64,000 bases of DNA from Planctomycetota bacterium (GTDB lineage: Bacteria > Planctomycetota > Planctomycetia > Pirellulales > Pirellulaceae), in contig JAGWZB010000001.1 of NCBI GenBank assembly GCA_018969045.1, forward strand, positions 250 through 64,249, read 5' to 3'. Position numbers and translations under genes: made by a program. Below the pieces are notes generated by a model. The model saw only the letters and a program-made list of their open reading frames with translations, was not told the origin of the DNA and ran no database searches. Shown piece after piece: positions 8,606 to 18,087 of this stretch (positions are counted from its first letter, which is position 1; each line of letters opens with the position of its first letter).

Positions 8606-10348
8606 TTACAGTTGGAAAGCGTCTTCCTCGGCTTGTTCGGCATACAGTGGCATGTAGCGGTAATAGACTTCCAGCATCATGGTCGACATGCACGTGCTGT
8701 AGAGTCTGCCGCCGGCGTCCGATGAGTGGCCGCTGTCGATGTACCAACTTCCTGCACCGTGGCCGGTTTGGACTTGGCTCGAGACGATTTGGTCTCTCAT
8801 TCGATTGTTCCAAGACTCCCACTCGGCTCCCCCGTATTGCTTCATGACCTGGGTGGCATAGTAGTTGTAGTAAATATCAGACTTGCTCGGTCCATCGGCC
8901 GCAAATTTCTCTGCCGCGGCTTTGATCGAAGGTTCATCTTTTTTCCAGCCCGAATACATGCGGCATAAGACTCCGCAGGCGGTCATGGCGGGGCGATAGT
9001 CCAGTGGATTTTTTTGTTTGGAATCCATGCTGTAGTGGTACCCAAAGCCGCCTGGGACCATCATGGTGTCGAGGAAAAAATTCGCTCGGCGGATCGTGTC
9101 GATGTCGTACTGCAAACCCGACATCGCAGCGCTTTTGATGGCCATCATTTGCCAGCCGACAACCGAAGTATCTCCGGGCATTTTCTGTTGGATATACGGG
9201 GTGTAATGCCACCCGCCAGTCTGCGGGTTCTGAGCGGGCGTCAGGTAGTTGATGCTAAGCTGTGCGGCTTCGCGCAACCGAGGGTCTCGGGTCATGCCGT
9301 AAGCTTCGCACATGGCGATCGCGGCGATACCATGACCATACATGTCGTCGGCAGAGCCACCGGCCCACCATGCGCCATAGCCTCCCTGGACTTTCATGCT
9401 TTGGATCAAGAAACTTAAGCCTTTGAAGACGGTCTCTTTGTATTCGCCTTCCATGTGCGTTTGACCTGCACCTAGAAAGCACATCAGGGCCATACCGGTT
9501 GCACCATTGAGAGATGTTGTTTTGTTACCCGGACGATCGCATTGTCCCGAGCAAACGATCGAGTGGGACCAGGTCCAAGCTCCGGTTTGAGGGTTCTGGT
9601 GCTGCGCCAGCCACTTCAAGGCCATCGATACGGCTCGTTCGGTCTCGGTGGTTCCGCCGAACTTTTTAAGCAAATCTCGTTTGGTTTCGCTCGAACGACT
9701 GTTCAAACCCGCTCGCATAGCAGCATTGCTTTGGGCTGCGATTCCAGATGCAGGTGCTAGCGATTCACTGAGTCCCGAAACGGAAACATCAGGAGCATCG
9801 GCCACCAACGAACTCATGTCGACCTCGACTTTGGCATCGACCGCCGCAGGTTCTACGGTCGGCACATCCGAAGGGGTGTCTTCGGTACTGTCGGATTGCA
9901 TTTCGGCCGAAGCGTTGTCCATCGAGAACTCTTCGAGGGCATCGGACTCCGTGCCGGATTGCTCGCCGATATTCAGCAGCAGATTGATCTCTTTTTTGAT
10001 CGGTTCGATGTTCCAAGCGGCCAATCCCAGGATGGCTGCCACGTGGATCAGGGTGCTGATCAGCCAGCTTGGGGCCGCACTCCAAAAACCGCTTCGTTTC
10101 GCACGGACACTCTGGTCGGTTTGAGCATCGGCAGAATCGACCGATTGGCTATTGGATTGGCTTTTCGTGACCGGCGAACCGCTCGAGACCTTCGTTGAAG
10201 TACTAGCCGAAGAGGTCGCTTTGGCCATCGGTTCAACGACCGGTTTGCCAGCATCCTTTTTGGAGGAATCTTTGGTCTGGAATTCAGGCAATCCAAGGTT
10301 CAATCGGTTGAGATCGTCGCGATCGTTTTTTTGATTGGAATTCGACAT
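8606..10348 (-). CDS. Membrane-anchored prenyltransferase/squalene-oxidase repeat protein
   Basis: Low-complexity N-terminus, TM segment (PSWLISTLIHVAAILGL), acidic linker, then AL.WLAQHQNPQTGAW / AQNPQTGGWHY / GRLYSTCM repeats; start set at ATG 10348. Confidence 0.82.
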   Translation of the reverse strand: MSNSNQKNDRDDLNRLNLGLPEFQTKDSSKKDAGKPVVEPMAKATSSASTSTKVSSGSPVTKSQSNSQSVDSADAQTDQSVRAKRSGFWSAAPSWLISTLIHVAAILGLAAWNIEPIKKEINLLLNIGEQSGTESDALEEFSMDNASAEMQSDSTEDTPSDVPTVEPAAVDAKVEVDMSSLVADAPDVSVSGLSESLAPASGIAAQSNAAMRAGLNSRSSETKRDLLKKFGGTTETERAVSMALKWLAQHQNPQTGAWTWSHSIVCSGQCDRPGNKTTSLNGATGMALMCFLGAGQTHMEGEYKETVFKGLSFLIQSMKVQGGYGAWWAGGSADDMYGHGIAAIAMCEAYGMTRDPRLREAAQLSINYLTPAQNPQTGGWHYTPYIQQKMPGDTSVVGWQMMAIKSAAMSGLQYDIDTIRRANFFLDTMMVPGGFGYHYSMDSKQKNPLDYRPAMTACGVLCRMYSGWKKDEPSIKAAAEKFAADGPSKSDIYYNYYATQVMKQYGGAEWESWNNRMRDQIVSSQVQTGHGAGSWYIDSGHSSDAGGRLYSTCMSTMMLEVYYRYMPLYAEQAEEDAFQL

Positions 10349-10575
10349 GCGCCACCTAGGCAAACGGTCGGGGGACAAGAGGAGAAAGAGGGGCGTTTCG
10401 AGGACTCGATTTGCACCGAAAATCCGACACCATCTTAGCAGTTCCAATACCCCCGGTGTACTCTCTAAATCTCAGTACTCTTTTAATTCCTGCGGTCTGG
10501 TGAATTTCCGTTTGCAGGGTAAAAATCAGTTTCCGTAAGCCTTTCAGCGAAAATCCGAGCCGGATCTGGATCCAA

Positions 10576-11169
10576 ATGACCGCATTGCACTCAGGCATGT
10601 TCTCGTTCTCCAAAAGTTTCTGCCCAGCGACTGCGATCCATGGGCTCCTGGTCTGTACCCTTGCGATGGCAGGATGTCAGGCAGAGACGCGGTCCAAAAT
10701 GCCAACCCAAATCGCTTCAGAGGACCAAACATCGCCACCCGTGGCATCTCCAAAGGCAGATGCCACGCCAGAGCCGCCAAGACTGTTCGTTGACGTCGAA
10801 GGCTTTAGCGACCGACAAGGACGCTGCCGAATTGCTCTGTACCGAGAGGCCGAGGGATTCAATCAACCTCAGAAGGCTTGGGCAAAAGAGACCTTGGATA
10901 TCCCCGCCGGAGATGTTTTGGTCTGGGCGATCGAATCGAATGACCCGGCCTTAAATGACCCTCAAACCCGCTGGGCGATCTCGGCGCACCAGGACCGAAA
11001 CGGCAACGACAAACTCGACAAAAATGCTTTGGGCATACCCACCGAGCCTTACGGTTTCTCCAACAATCCCAAGCGTGGCTTTGGGCCCCCGAAATTCGAC
11101 GAGGTTTCCTTCAAGATCCCGTCCCTGCAAGACCAGCAGACCACACGCATTAAGATCAAGCTCCAATGA
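10576..11169 (+). CDS. DUF2141 family lipoprotein
   Basis: Lipobox-like LAMAGC; G.CRIALY, AISAHQDRNGNDKLDKNALGIPTEPYGFSNNP..GFGPP.F signature. Confidence 0.82.
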   Translation: MTALHSGMFSFSKSFCPATAIHGLLVCTLAMAGCQAETRSKMPTQIASEDQTSPPVASPKADATPEPPRLFVDVEGFSDRQGRCRIALYREAEGFNQPQKAWAKETLDIPAGDVLVWAIESNDPALNDPQTRWAISAHQDRNGNDKLDKNALGIPTEPYGFSNNPKRGFGPPKFDEVSFKIPSLQDQQTTRIKIKLQ

Positions 11170-12857
11170 TGCAAGACTGCCTTCGATCCAATGTCGGCGC
11201 AAGGTTGACTCTGCAAGCGCAACTGCATCCAGATCAGCTTGGGATCGCAACGCCAGTCGGATCGCACCGCCAAGGCACATCGCGTCGTTACAGAACGATC
11301 TCGCTTGGCGATTTGGATGCTCGCTCGACAGCGATAGCAGGTGGATTGCAGGCCATGGGGATCGGCCCGGGGCATCGCATCGCATTGCTGGTTCGATTTG
11401 GCGAAGATTTCATCGCGTTGGTGTTTGCCGTCTTGAAAACCGGCGCGACGCTCGTTTTGGTCGATCCTGGGATGGGCCGCAGAAATCTTCTGAACTGCCT
11501 TGCCGAAACCCGCCCCGACGGATTCATTGCAATCCCGATCGCTCAAGCGATCCTCAAGGCCAAGCGAAGTTTGTTCCCCGACGCCAAGTTTCATGTCACG
11601 GTCGGTCGACGCTTTGGGATCCTGCCAGCACCGAGTCTATCGCAACTGGAAGCCAATGGGCTGAATCGATTCGTTGCACCGAAAACACAAGCCGAAGATT
11701 CCGCCGCGATCATTTTTACCACCGGGAGCACCGGACCCCCTAAAGGAGTCCAGTACACCCATCAAACGTTCCTTTCGCAGATCGATATGATCGCGCAGCA
11801 CTACAACATTCAGCCCGGCGGTAAAGACCTCAGCGGATTCCCGCTTTTCGGGCTCTTCAACGCCGTGATGGGCACTAGCACGATCTTGCCCGATATGGAC
11901 CCGACTCGTCCTGCTGACGTCGATCCTGTTAGACTCCTCGATGCGATCGATCAATGGCAAATCAATCAATCCTTTGGGTCTCCGGCCCTGTGGACCAAAG
12001 TCGGTTTGTATTGCCAGCAGTCCCAACGACGCATCGAGAGTCTGAAGCTCGTTTTGAGCGCTGGTGCCCCTGTCCCTAGCCGTGTTCTTGAACACATCCG
12101 CAGCGCGATCCATGACTCGGGTCAGATGTTTACGCCCTACGGGGCAACCGAAGCGTTACCGATCGCCTCGATCGAGTCTCGCGAAGTTTTGCAAGAGACC
12201 GCACAACGCACCAGGCAAGGATTTGGTACGTGCGTGGGAAAGAGATTCGCCCAGGTCCGCTGGAAAGTGATCCAGATCACCGACCTGCCGATCCACACGC
12301 TTGATCAAGCCCGCCTAGTCGAACCAGGCCAGATCGGTGAGTTGATGGTCTGTAGCCCCAGCGTAACGCAACGTTATGTCACACGCACGGATCAAAACCA
12401 ATTCCATAAAGTCCTCGGTCTGGACGCCAACGGAAATCCCGAGATCTGGCACCGGATGGGGGATGTCGGTTACCTGGACAATACCGACCGGTTTTGGTTC
12501 TGCGGACGAAAAAGCCACCGCATCAAGACGCCTCGCGGACCGGTCTTTACCGAACCGATCGAAGCGGTCGTCAACACCCACCCGAGTGTCTATCGCAGCG
12601 CACTGGTTCCCTACGGCGATGGAGACTGCCAAAGGCCCGTTGTCATCGTCGAACCATGGCCCGAGCACCGCCGCGATGTAAAAGTAAACTTCGAGGCTCA
12701 CAAGCATCAGTGGCTTGAGTTGCTCGCGGCCCACCACCCGGGAGTCGATGTAGAATCCTTCAAGATCTACCCAGGCCGTCTACCGACCGACATTCGCCAC
12801 AACTCCAAGATCTTCCGAGAGCAACTGGCCCAGTGGCTCAAAAAGAACTGGGATTAA
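11166..12857 (+). CDS. oleC: OleC-type AMP-dependent ligase (olefin beta-lactone synthetase family)
   Basis: IIFTTGSTGPPKGV AMP-binding motif; DL..FPLFGLF; TPYGATEALP; WHRMGDVGY; WFCGRKSHR; LPTDIRHNSKIFRE.L C-terminus characteristic of OleC; ATGA overlap with DUF2141 gene. Confidence 0.8.
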   Translation: MMQDCLRSNVGARLTLQAQLHPDQLGIATPVGSHRQGTSRRYRTISLGDLDARSTAIAGGLQAMGIGPGHRIALLVRFGEDFIALVFAVLKTGATLVLVDPGMGRRNLLNCLAETRPDGFIAIPIAQAILKAKRSLFPDAKFHVTVGRRFGILPAPSLSQLEANGLNRFVAPKTQAEDSAAIIFTTGSTGPPKGVQYTHQTFLSQIDMIAQHYNIQPGGKDLSGFPLFGLFNAVMGTSTILPDMDPTRPADVDPVRLLDAIDQWQINQSFGSPALWTKVGLYCQQSQRRIESLKLVLSAGAPVPSRVLEHIRSAIHDSGQMFTPYGATEALPIASIESREVLQETAQRTRQGFGTCVGKRFAQVRWKVIQITDLPIHTLDQARLVEPGQIGELMVCSPSVTQRYVTRTDQNQFHKVLGLDANGNPEIWHRMGDVGYLDNTDRFWFCGRKSHRIKTPRGPVFTEPIEAVVNTHPSVYRSALVPYGDGDCQRPVVIVEPWPEHRRDVKVNFEAHKHQWLELLAAHHPGVDVESFKIYPGRLPTDIRHNSKIFREQLAQWLKKNWD

Positions 12858-12858
12858 A

Positions 12859-13749
12859 TTATCCAACGTCCGAAGGAGGATCGACGAACTCTGGAACAAC
12901 AAGCTTGGTGATCACACCGGCTTGGTATCCTCGCTTGAGCAGTTGTCGGACAGCCTCGCGACCCCGATCGGTAAAGTCCAAGGTCCAATCGTTGACGTAC
13001 ATGCCGACAAATGTGTCGGCTTTGTCTCGCTCGAGCCCGCGTCCCCAACCCAGCGCGTAATCGAGGGCTTTGCCGCGATGCTCAAGCCCATGCTTGATAC
13101 TCAAATACAAATAGCGATTCACATCTCGGATGACCTCAGATCCAAGATCCTTGCGGATTCCGTTGGCACCAAGCGGCAGCGGTAATCCGGTTTGCTCCAT
13201 CCACCATTTGCCCAAATCCACCACCAAATGCAGCTTCTGGGATTCATAAGTCAACTGACCTTCGTGAATCACCAAGCCTGCGTCGATGCTCTTGCCTTCG
13301 AAGGTTCCTTGCTCGACCACATCGAGAATCTGGTCAAATGGAACGACGACATGATCGAACTCTTTGAGCCACATGCGGCAAGAAAGGTAAGCTGTCGTCA
13401 GGGTGCCCGGGACTGCAATCGTCTTGCCTCGCAAATCATCCCGGCTCGACGGCGTTCGGGTGACGATCATCGGACCGTAGTTGTCCCCCATGCTCGCACC
13501 GCATGAGCAGAGCATGTAACGGTCGTTGAGGTAGGCATAGGCATGGAGACTCAGAGCCGTCAGCTCCAATTCGCCTTGGAATGCCCTGCGATTTAGAGTT
13601 TCGATGTCTACCAGTTCGTGCTCGAATCGGTAATGGCGTGTGTCGAAGCAGTCTTTGGCTAGGCCGTAGAACATGAACGCGTCGTCGGCGTCGGGGCTGT
13701 GTCCGACGCGGATGAGAGTCGGCTGGGATGGATTGGTGGTGGAGGTCAT
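12859..13749 (-). CDS. mqnD: 1,4-dihydroxy-6-naphthoate synthase (futalosine menaquinone pathway)
   Basis: IRVGHSPDADDAFMFY, DIETLN, SMGDNYGP, GLVIHEGQLTY, LPLPLG, FVGMYVN; start set at 13749 (13773 also possible). Confidence 0.9.
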   Translation of the reverse strand: MTSTTNPSQPTLIRVGHSPDADDAFMFYGLAKDCFDTRHYRFEHELVDIETLNRRAFQGELELTALSLHAYAYLNDRYMLCSCGASMGDNYGPMIVTRTPSSRDDLRGKTIAVPGTLTTAYLSCRMWLKEFDHVVVPFDQILDVVEQGTFEGKSIDAGLVIHEGQLTYESQKLHLVVDLGKWWMEQTGLPLPLGANGIRKDLGSEVIRDVNRYLYLSIKHGLEHRGKALDYALGWGRGLERDKADTFVGMYVNDWTLDFTDRGREAVRQLLKRGYQAGVITKLVVPEFVDPPSDVG

Positions 13750-13984
13750 TTCGAGCAGACCGGCGTTGGACATGGGAATCGTTGTTAATGGAAGGAGAAT
13801 CGTAGCCGAAAGCGTGTTCCTGCGATAGCAACCGCAGTCGAGGTTTCCGATGTAACTTGCAAACAGTGGGCAATTGCTAGCATGGCCCGTTGGGGTGAAA
13901 AAAGTTCCTCTTGTGCCCGACGGGGCGTTTTTGAAGAATTCCGGCATTCTCCCGGTTGGCGATTTTGACAAGGGTACCACTGCC

Positions 13985-14647
13985 ATGCTCTGGAAACGAC
14001 GCACTTGGATTTTAGGCTTGGTCTCGATCAGCCCCCTTGCCACAGGCTGTCGCGGTTATTCCTATGGCCAGCTTTTAAAGCCTACCGACAAGGATTTGGT
14101 AGGGAGTCACGAAGCCGGATCGGAAGTTTTCCATCCTCTGGTCGATGAGTCGGTTGCCAAGTTGCTTACCCGACAGCAGGAGCAATGCCACATCGGTCCC
14201 GATGGAATTGCGCAAAAGAAGACGATTTGTTTTGTCTGTGTCGAGAACAAGATGTCGGAGGATATCGGGGACTTTAAGGACCAGCTTTACGAACAGATCG
14301 ACAGCAAGATCTTGGAATCGGATGTTTTTCGGCCTATCAGCCGGCGCATGGTCGACGCCGCTTTGCACGAGACTCGCTTGCGTCCTGATTCGCTGATGGT
14401 TCCCGATAATATGCAACTCTTTACGTCGGTGCTTCAGCGTCAAGGAGCTCCGATCGATTATCTTCTGTATGCCAAACTGACCAGCGGAACGACTCAGCGC
14501 AACACGTCCAAGCAGCGCGATTATCTGCTGACACTCGAATTGACCAACGTCCATTCTGGCGAATATTCCAAAGAGTCGGCAGAGATCCGCAAAGGCTACC
14601 ATAAAACCGCTCTGGGTGGGGTCTGGAATTACAATCCCCTGAAATGA
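13985..14647 (+). CDS. LpoB-like lipoprotein (penicillin-binding protein activator LpoB family)
   Basis: Lipobox LATGC; C-terminal YLLYAKLTSG...RDYLLTLELTNVHSG pattern; upstream of a COG3014-like gene; start set at ATG 13985. Confidence 0.7.
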   Translation: MLWKRRTWILGLVSISPLATGCRGYSYGQLLKPTDKDLVGSHEAGSEVFHPLVDESVAKLLTRQQEQCHIGPDGIAQKKTICFVCVENKMSEDIGDFKDQLYEQIDSKILESDVFRPISRRMVDAALHETRLRPDSLMVPDNMQLFTSVLQRQGAPIDYLLYAKLTSGTTQRNTSKQRDYLLTLELTNVHSGEYSKESAEIRKGYHKTALGGVWNYNPLK

Positions 14648-16110
14648 CACCGCGCTTTCTAGGTGCATTGTTATGTTGGTGCTTTGGCCTGCTTGCGGTC
14701 GCCGGCTGTTCCACGCACGCAAAGCGCATCTCGTTGTCGCGATCGCTCTTTTACGAAGGCCAACTCGATGCTTGCCGAGACCGTCTTGAGAAGCTCCACA
14801 AGAGCCATCGGCATGACCGCGATGTGACCAACCTTGATCTGGCGGTTGTGGATCTGCTGGAAGGCCGAAGCGCTCAGGCTCAAAAACGCCTGAAAGAAGT
14901 TCGAGATCGATTCGATCATTTGGAGCAGGAATCCCTGAGCGAAAAAACGGTTTCGATGTGGACCGACGACACAGCTCGGTCTTACGCGGGCGAGGATTAT
15001 GAAAAGATTCTCATTCGAGTCTACTTGGCTCTTGCAAGCTTGATGGATGATCGAGTGGATGCCCAAAGCTATACGCTTCAGATCCAGGATAAACACGACC
15101 AAGTCATGCAACGTCTCTGGGGTGAAAAGCCTATCGATGCAAAAACCGACAGATTTAGTGGATTGCCGATCGGGTTTTACTTGCGAGGATTGCTGCGAGA
15201 ACAAACCCATATCGATTACGATGATGCGCTTCGAAGCTACAACCAAGTAGCTCAATTGCTTCCTAATAGCCCTTGGATTCTCCAAGACATCCAGAGGGTC
15301 ACCCAAGGGGTCCACTCTCAACCCGGTTGCGGGGTGATCTACGTCTTTGCCATGGTTGGCAGAGGACCCTACAAAGTCGAATCGGTCGAGCAGCCCACCA
15401 GCGATGCACTCCTGATCGCAGATCGAATCGTCTCTGCCTTGGGACCCTACAAACTCCCCCCGACCATCGCGCCGATCAAAGTTCCCAAAGTGGTCGTTCC
15501 AGAGTCGGATATCCAATCCGTTGAAGTCACCGTCAAGGGGCAAGCTCGCGGCACCACCGTTTCGATTGCCGATATCGACCAACTGGCGATCGAGACTTCG
15601 CAAGCCGCAAGAAACCAGCTGATCGCAAGGGCAGTGGCAAGACGTGTTATCAAGAAAGCAACCGTCGCTGCGGTGAAGAAACAAACCTCATCGAACAGCT
15701 TGGCGTCTCTGGGATTCGATGCTGCAGGTGTGGCTTGGGAAGCGTTAGAAAAAGCTGATACACGCTGCTGGGGTCTGCTGCCCCGGAACATCCAAGTCTT
15801 GAGAATCGAAGTCCCCGCAGGAACTCATACCCTGTCGTTTGCGCCCCAGTACCTAAGGCCAGCTTTCTATGGGGAAAGAGGGCCCTGGCAAGAACAGCCC
15901 TGGCAAGAACAGCCCCGGCAAAAAAATGGGGGGCAGAAAAATGGAGGGCAGAAAAATGGAGGGCAGAAAGATGGGGGGCAGAAAGAGACGGGGTTAGTGG
16001 TTTCGCGGGGATTGCAGGAGCAAGTCACGGTGATCGATGGCCAAAACACGTATGTGATCGGCTGGTTCCCTGACGCGTACACTGCACCGAGAATTTTGAT
16101 CCCGGAATGA
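14644..16110 (+). CDS. COG3014-like TPR lipoprotein
   Basis: Lipobox VAGC; SYAGEDYEKILI..Y.AL and ARAVARRVIK..ADTRCW.LLP motifs; ATGA overlap with LpoB-like gene. Confidence 0.72.
   Translation: MTPRFLGALLCWCFGLLAVAGCSTHAKRISLSRSLFYEGQLDACRDRLEKLHKSHRHDRDVTNLDLAVVDLLEGRSAQAQKRLKEVRDRFDHLEQESLSEKTVSMWTDDTARSYAGEDYEKILIRVYLALASLMDDRVDAQSYTLQIQDKHDQVMQRLWGEKPIDAKTDRFSGLPIGFYLRGLLREQTHIDYDDALRSYNQVAQLLPNSPWILQDIQRVTQGVHSQPGCGVIYVFAMVGRGPYKVESVEQPTSDALLIADRIVSALGPYKLPPTIAPIKVPKVVVPESDIQSVEVTVKGQARGTTVSIADIDQLAIETSQAARNQLIARAVARRVIKKATVAAVKKQTSSNSLASLGFDAAGVAWEALEKADTRCWGLLPRNIQVLRIEVPAGTHTLSFAPQYLRPAFYGERGPWQEQPWQEQPRQKNGGQKNGGQKNGGQKDGGQKETGLVVSRGLQEQVTVIDGQNTYVIGWFPDAYTAPRILIPE
15883..15987. 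repeat. In-frame 15-bp tandem repeat, 7 units (PWQEQ x2, PRQKN, GGQKN x2, GGQKD, GGQKE)
   Basis: Units at 15883, 15898, 15913, 15928, 15943, 15958, 15973, all sharing a GGCA(A/G)(A/G)A core. Confidence 0.9.
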
Positions 16111-16177
16111 TCAAAAACCGGTGCAGTGGTTCCATTTTCTTGTCGGAAAAATCCGACGAGGCTCGTTGGGAGTTTCG

Positions 16178-17539
16178 TTAAGCCTGTGTCTCGTAGCCTT
16201 TGCGGCTTTCGCGGCTCAGGAACGAGTTGGCTTGTTGGTCTCCGACGATGACTCGTTTTTCGGCATCCCAGGCGACGGCTCGGCCAAGTCGCATGGCGAT
16301 GTTCGATAGGTGGCAGATCTCAAGCATGCGGTTGTGAGTCCAGACATCAGAGATCGGTTGCTTGCGAGACTTCATCGCGGCGGTGAAGTTCTCCGTGTGG
16401 TTCTCGCTGACTTTGCCACCGTAAATTTCCTCGATGGCACCTTCTGGCAATGGCTTCTCTTTGAGCTCTTCGACGGGTTTGCCGGTGATCTTGCCTCGAT
16501 TGACAAAGAATCGACCTTCGGTTCCTTCGAACAAGATCCCATTGTCCCCTTCGCTGGTGATGACCATCAGGACATCGTTGGGCATGGCTGCGTGGATTTC
16601 AAAGTTGGTTGCTGCGTTGTACCGATCCGATACCAACGGGTGGCCATCTTTGTATTCGACGGGCAGTTTGTAATTGACAGGAGTGATCTTGCTCGGTCCT
16701 GTTTGGCTGGCCCCGATAGCCCAGCAAGCGATATCGACGTGGTGAGCGCCCCAGTCGGTGAGTTTGCCACCGGAGTATTCGTGCCAGTTGCGGAACGAGT
16801 AGTGAGCGTTGCTGTAGAGCGGAACACCACCGCCATAGCCTTTGCGCATTTCTGCCAACGCGCGATAAGGGACTTTGGGGGCTGGACCGAGCCAGAAATC
16901 GTAATCGAGTCCTTCGGGCACGGGGGCTTCTGGGATCATTGGCGAAGCTTCCATGGCATCGATACCGCAGGTCACTTTTTTGATCTTTCCGATCCGCCCA
17001 TGCTTGACCAGCGCAACGGCCGTTAGGAATTGGTTGTTGAATTCGGTCCGTTGCATCGTTCCGACTTGGAAGACGCGTCCGGTCTCCTTGACGACTTTTT
17101 CGATCAACTTGCCTTCGTCGATCGTCAGGGTCAGGGGTTTCTCGCAGTAGACATCTTTGCCGGCGCGCATGGCTTCGATGCAGATCTTGGTATGCCAATG
17201 ATCGGGGGTCGCGATCATCACCGCATCGATGTCTTTGCGATCGAGGATCTTGCGATAGTCTTTGTAAGCATCTGGTTTTTTGCCTTGCGCTTTTTCGACC
17301 TTGCCGACGTTGTCCTCGAGGACTTTGGAGTCCACGTCAGCCAAAGCGGCAAAGTTTGCGAACTTGAAAGACTTGCTGGTGATCGCCCAGCCTTGGTTCC
17401 TAAGTCCGATGGTGGCAAAGACAGGTCGGTCGTTAGGAGACTGATAGCCCGAGGCGCGGAATGGGGAACTGGCCAAGACGGAGGCTCCGGCAACTCCCAT
17501 CAGAAAGTGCCGTCGGGAATTCGATTGCGATAGGCTCAT
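16178..17539 (-). CDS. Gfo/Idh/MocA family oxidoreductase with Tat signal
   Basis: SRRHFL twin-arginine leader; ATPDHWH; DVYCEKPL; DWGAHHVDI. Confidence 0.92.
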   Translation of the reverse strand: MSLSQSNSRRHFLMGVAGASVLASSPFRASGYQSPNDRPVFATIGLRNQGWAITSKSFKFANFAALADVDSKVLEDNVGKVEKAQGKKPDAYKDYRKILDRKDIDAVMIATPDHWHTKICIEAMRAGKDVYCEKPLTLTIDEGKLIEKVVKETGRVFQVGTMQRTEFNNQFLTAVALVKHGRIGKIKKVTCGIDAMEASPMIPEAPVPEGLDYDFWLGPAPKVPYRALAEMRKGYGGGVPLYSNAHYSFRNWHEYSGGKLTDWGAHHVDIACWAIGASQTGPSKITPVNYKLPVEYKDGHPLVSDRYNAATNFEIHAAMPNDVLMVITSEGDNGILFEGTEGRFFVNRGKITGKPVEELKEKPLPEGAIEEIYGGKVSENHTENFTAAMKSRKQPISDVWTHNRMLEICHLSNIAMRLGRAVAWDAEKRVIVGDQQANSFLSRESRKGYETQA

Positions 17540-17612
17540 GAGTGGTGCTCCAAAAAAACTGGAAGAGGAAGGGCAGAGGGAATACTATAAACGAAAAACG
17601 GTTTTGAGAAGT

Positions 17613-18050
17613 CTATGTCTCTGGGGGCGTTGGGATTGGAAGCTTGGTTTGCTGCAATTTCATTCCCATCGGAAGCATGTCTTGGATGCGGATCGGACCG
17701 GTGAATTCGCTCGATTCCAGGTCGCTTAGGTAGATCACCAAGTCGGGGGCCAGTTCGAAGAGGAACTGCCTGCAGGTGCCGCAGGGGCTAACGCCAGTGG
17801 GTGAGACGATGTAGATGGCTTTCCAGTCCCGCGAGCCTTGCGCGATGGCTTGGGAGCCAGCGGTTCTTTCGGCGCACAGGGTCACCGAGTAAGAGGCGTT
17901 CTCGACGTTGCAACCTTCGAAGATACGGCCTTGATGATCGACCAGCACGCAGCCGACATGGAAGTTGCTGTAGGGACAATAGGCGTGTTTGGCTAGCGCG
18001 CGAGCTCGATTCAGGTAACCCAAGATTTGTGCGCGGTCCAAATCACTCAT
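17613..18050 (-). CDS. cdd: Cytidine deaminase
   Basis: AYCPYSNFHVG, GCNVENASY, CAER, PCGTCRQ zinc motif; start set at ATG 18050. Confidence 0.92.
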   Translation of the reverse strand: MSDLDRAQILGYLNRARALAKHAYCPYSNFHVGCVLVDHQGRIFEGCNVENASYSVTLCAERTAGSQAIAQGSRDWKAIYIVSPTGVSPCGTCRQFLFELAPDLVIYLSDLESSEFTGPIRIQDMLPMGMKLQQTKLPIPTPPET

Positions 18051-18087
18051 CGGTCGACTCTCTGGGGCAAGGGCTCGCACGGGGGCT

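Noticed and set aside
8606-10348. Squalene-hopene cyclase
   Set aside because: No DxDD motif seen, only one barrel-sized repeat region, and an N-terminal TM anchor
13750-14043. N-terminal extensions given by the ORF track (mqnD, LpoB-like, DUF4254, MazG-like, response regulator, secretin-N and others)
   Set aside because: They overlap neighbouring genes or promoters and precede the first family motif; downstream ATGs fit better
14671-15684. Long antisense ORFs (also 1930-2634, 16310-17026, 19603-20325, 22288-23415, 25769-26659)
   Set aside because: They lie opposite well-supported genes and show no motifs; typical shadow ORFs in GC-rich DNA
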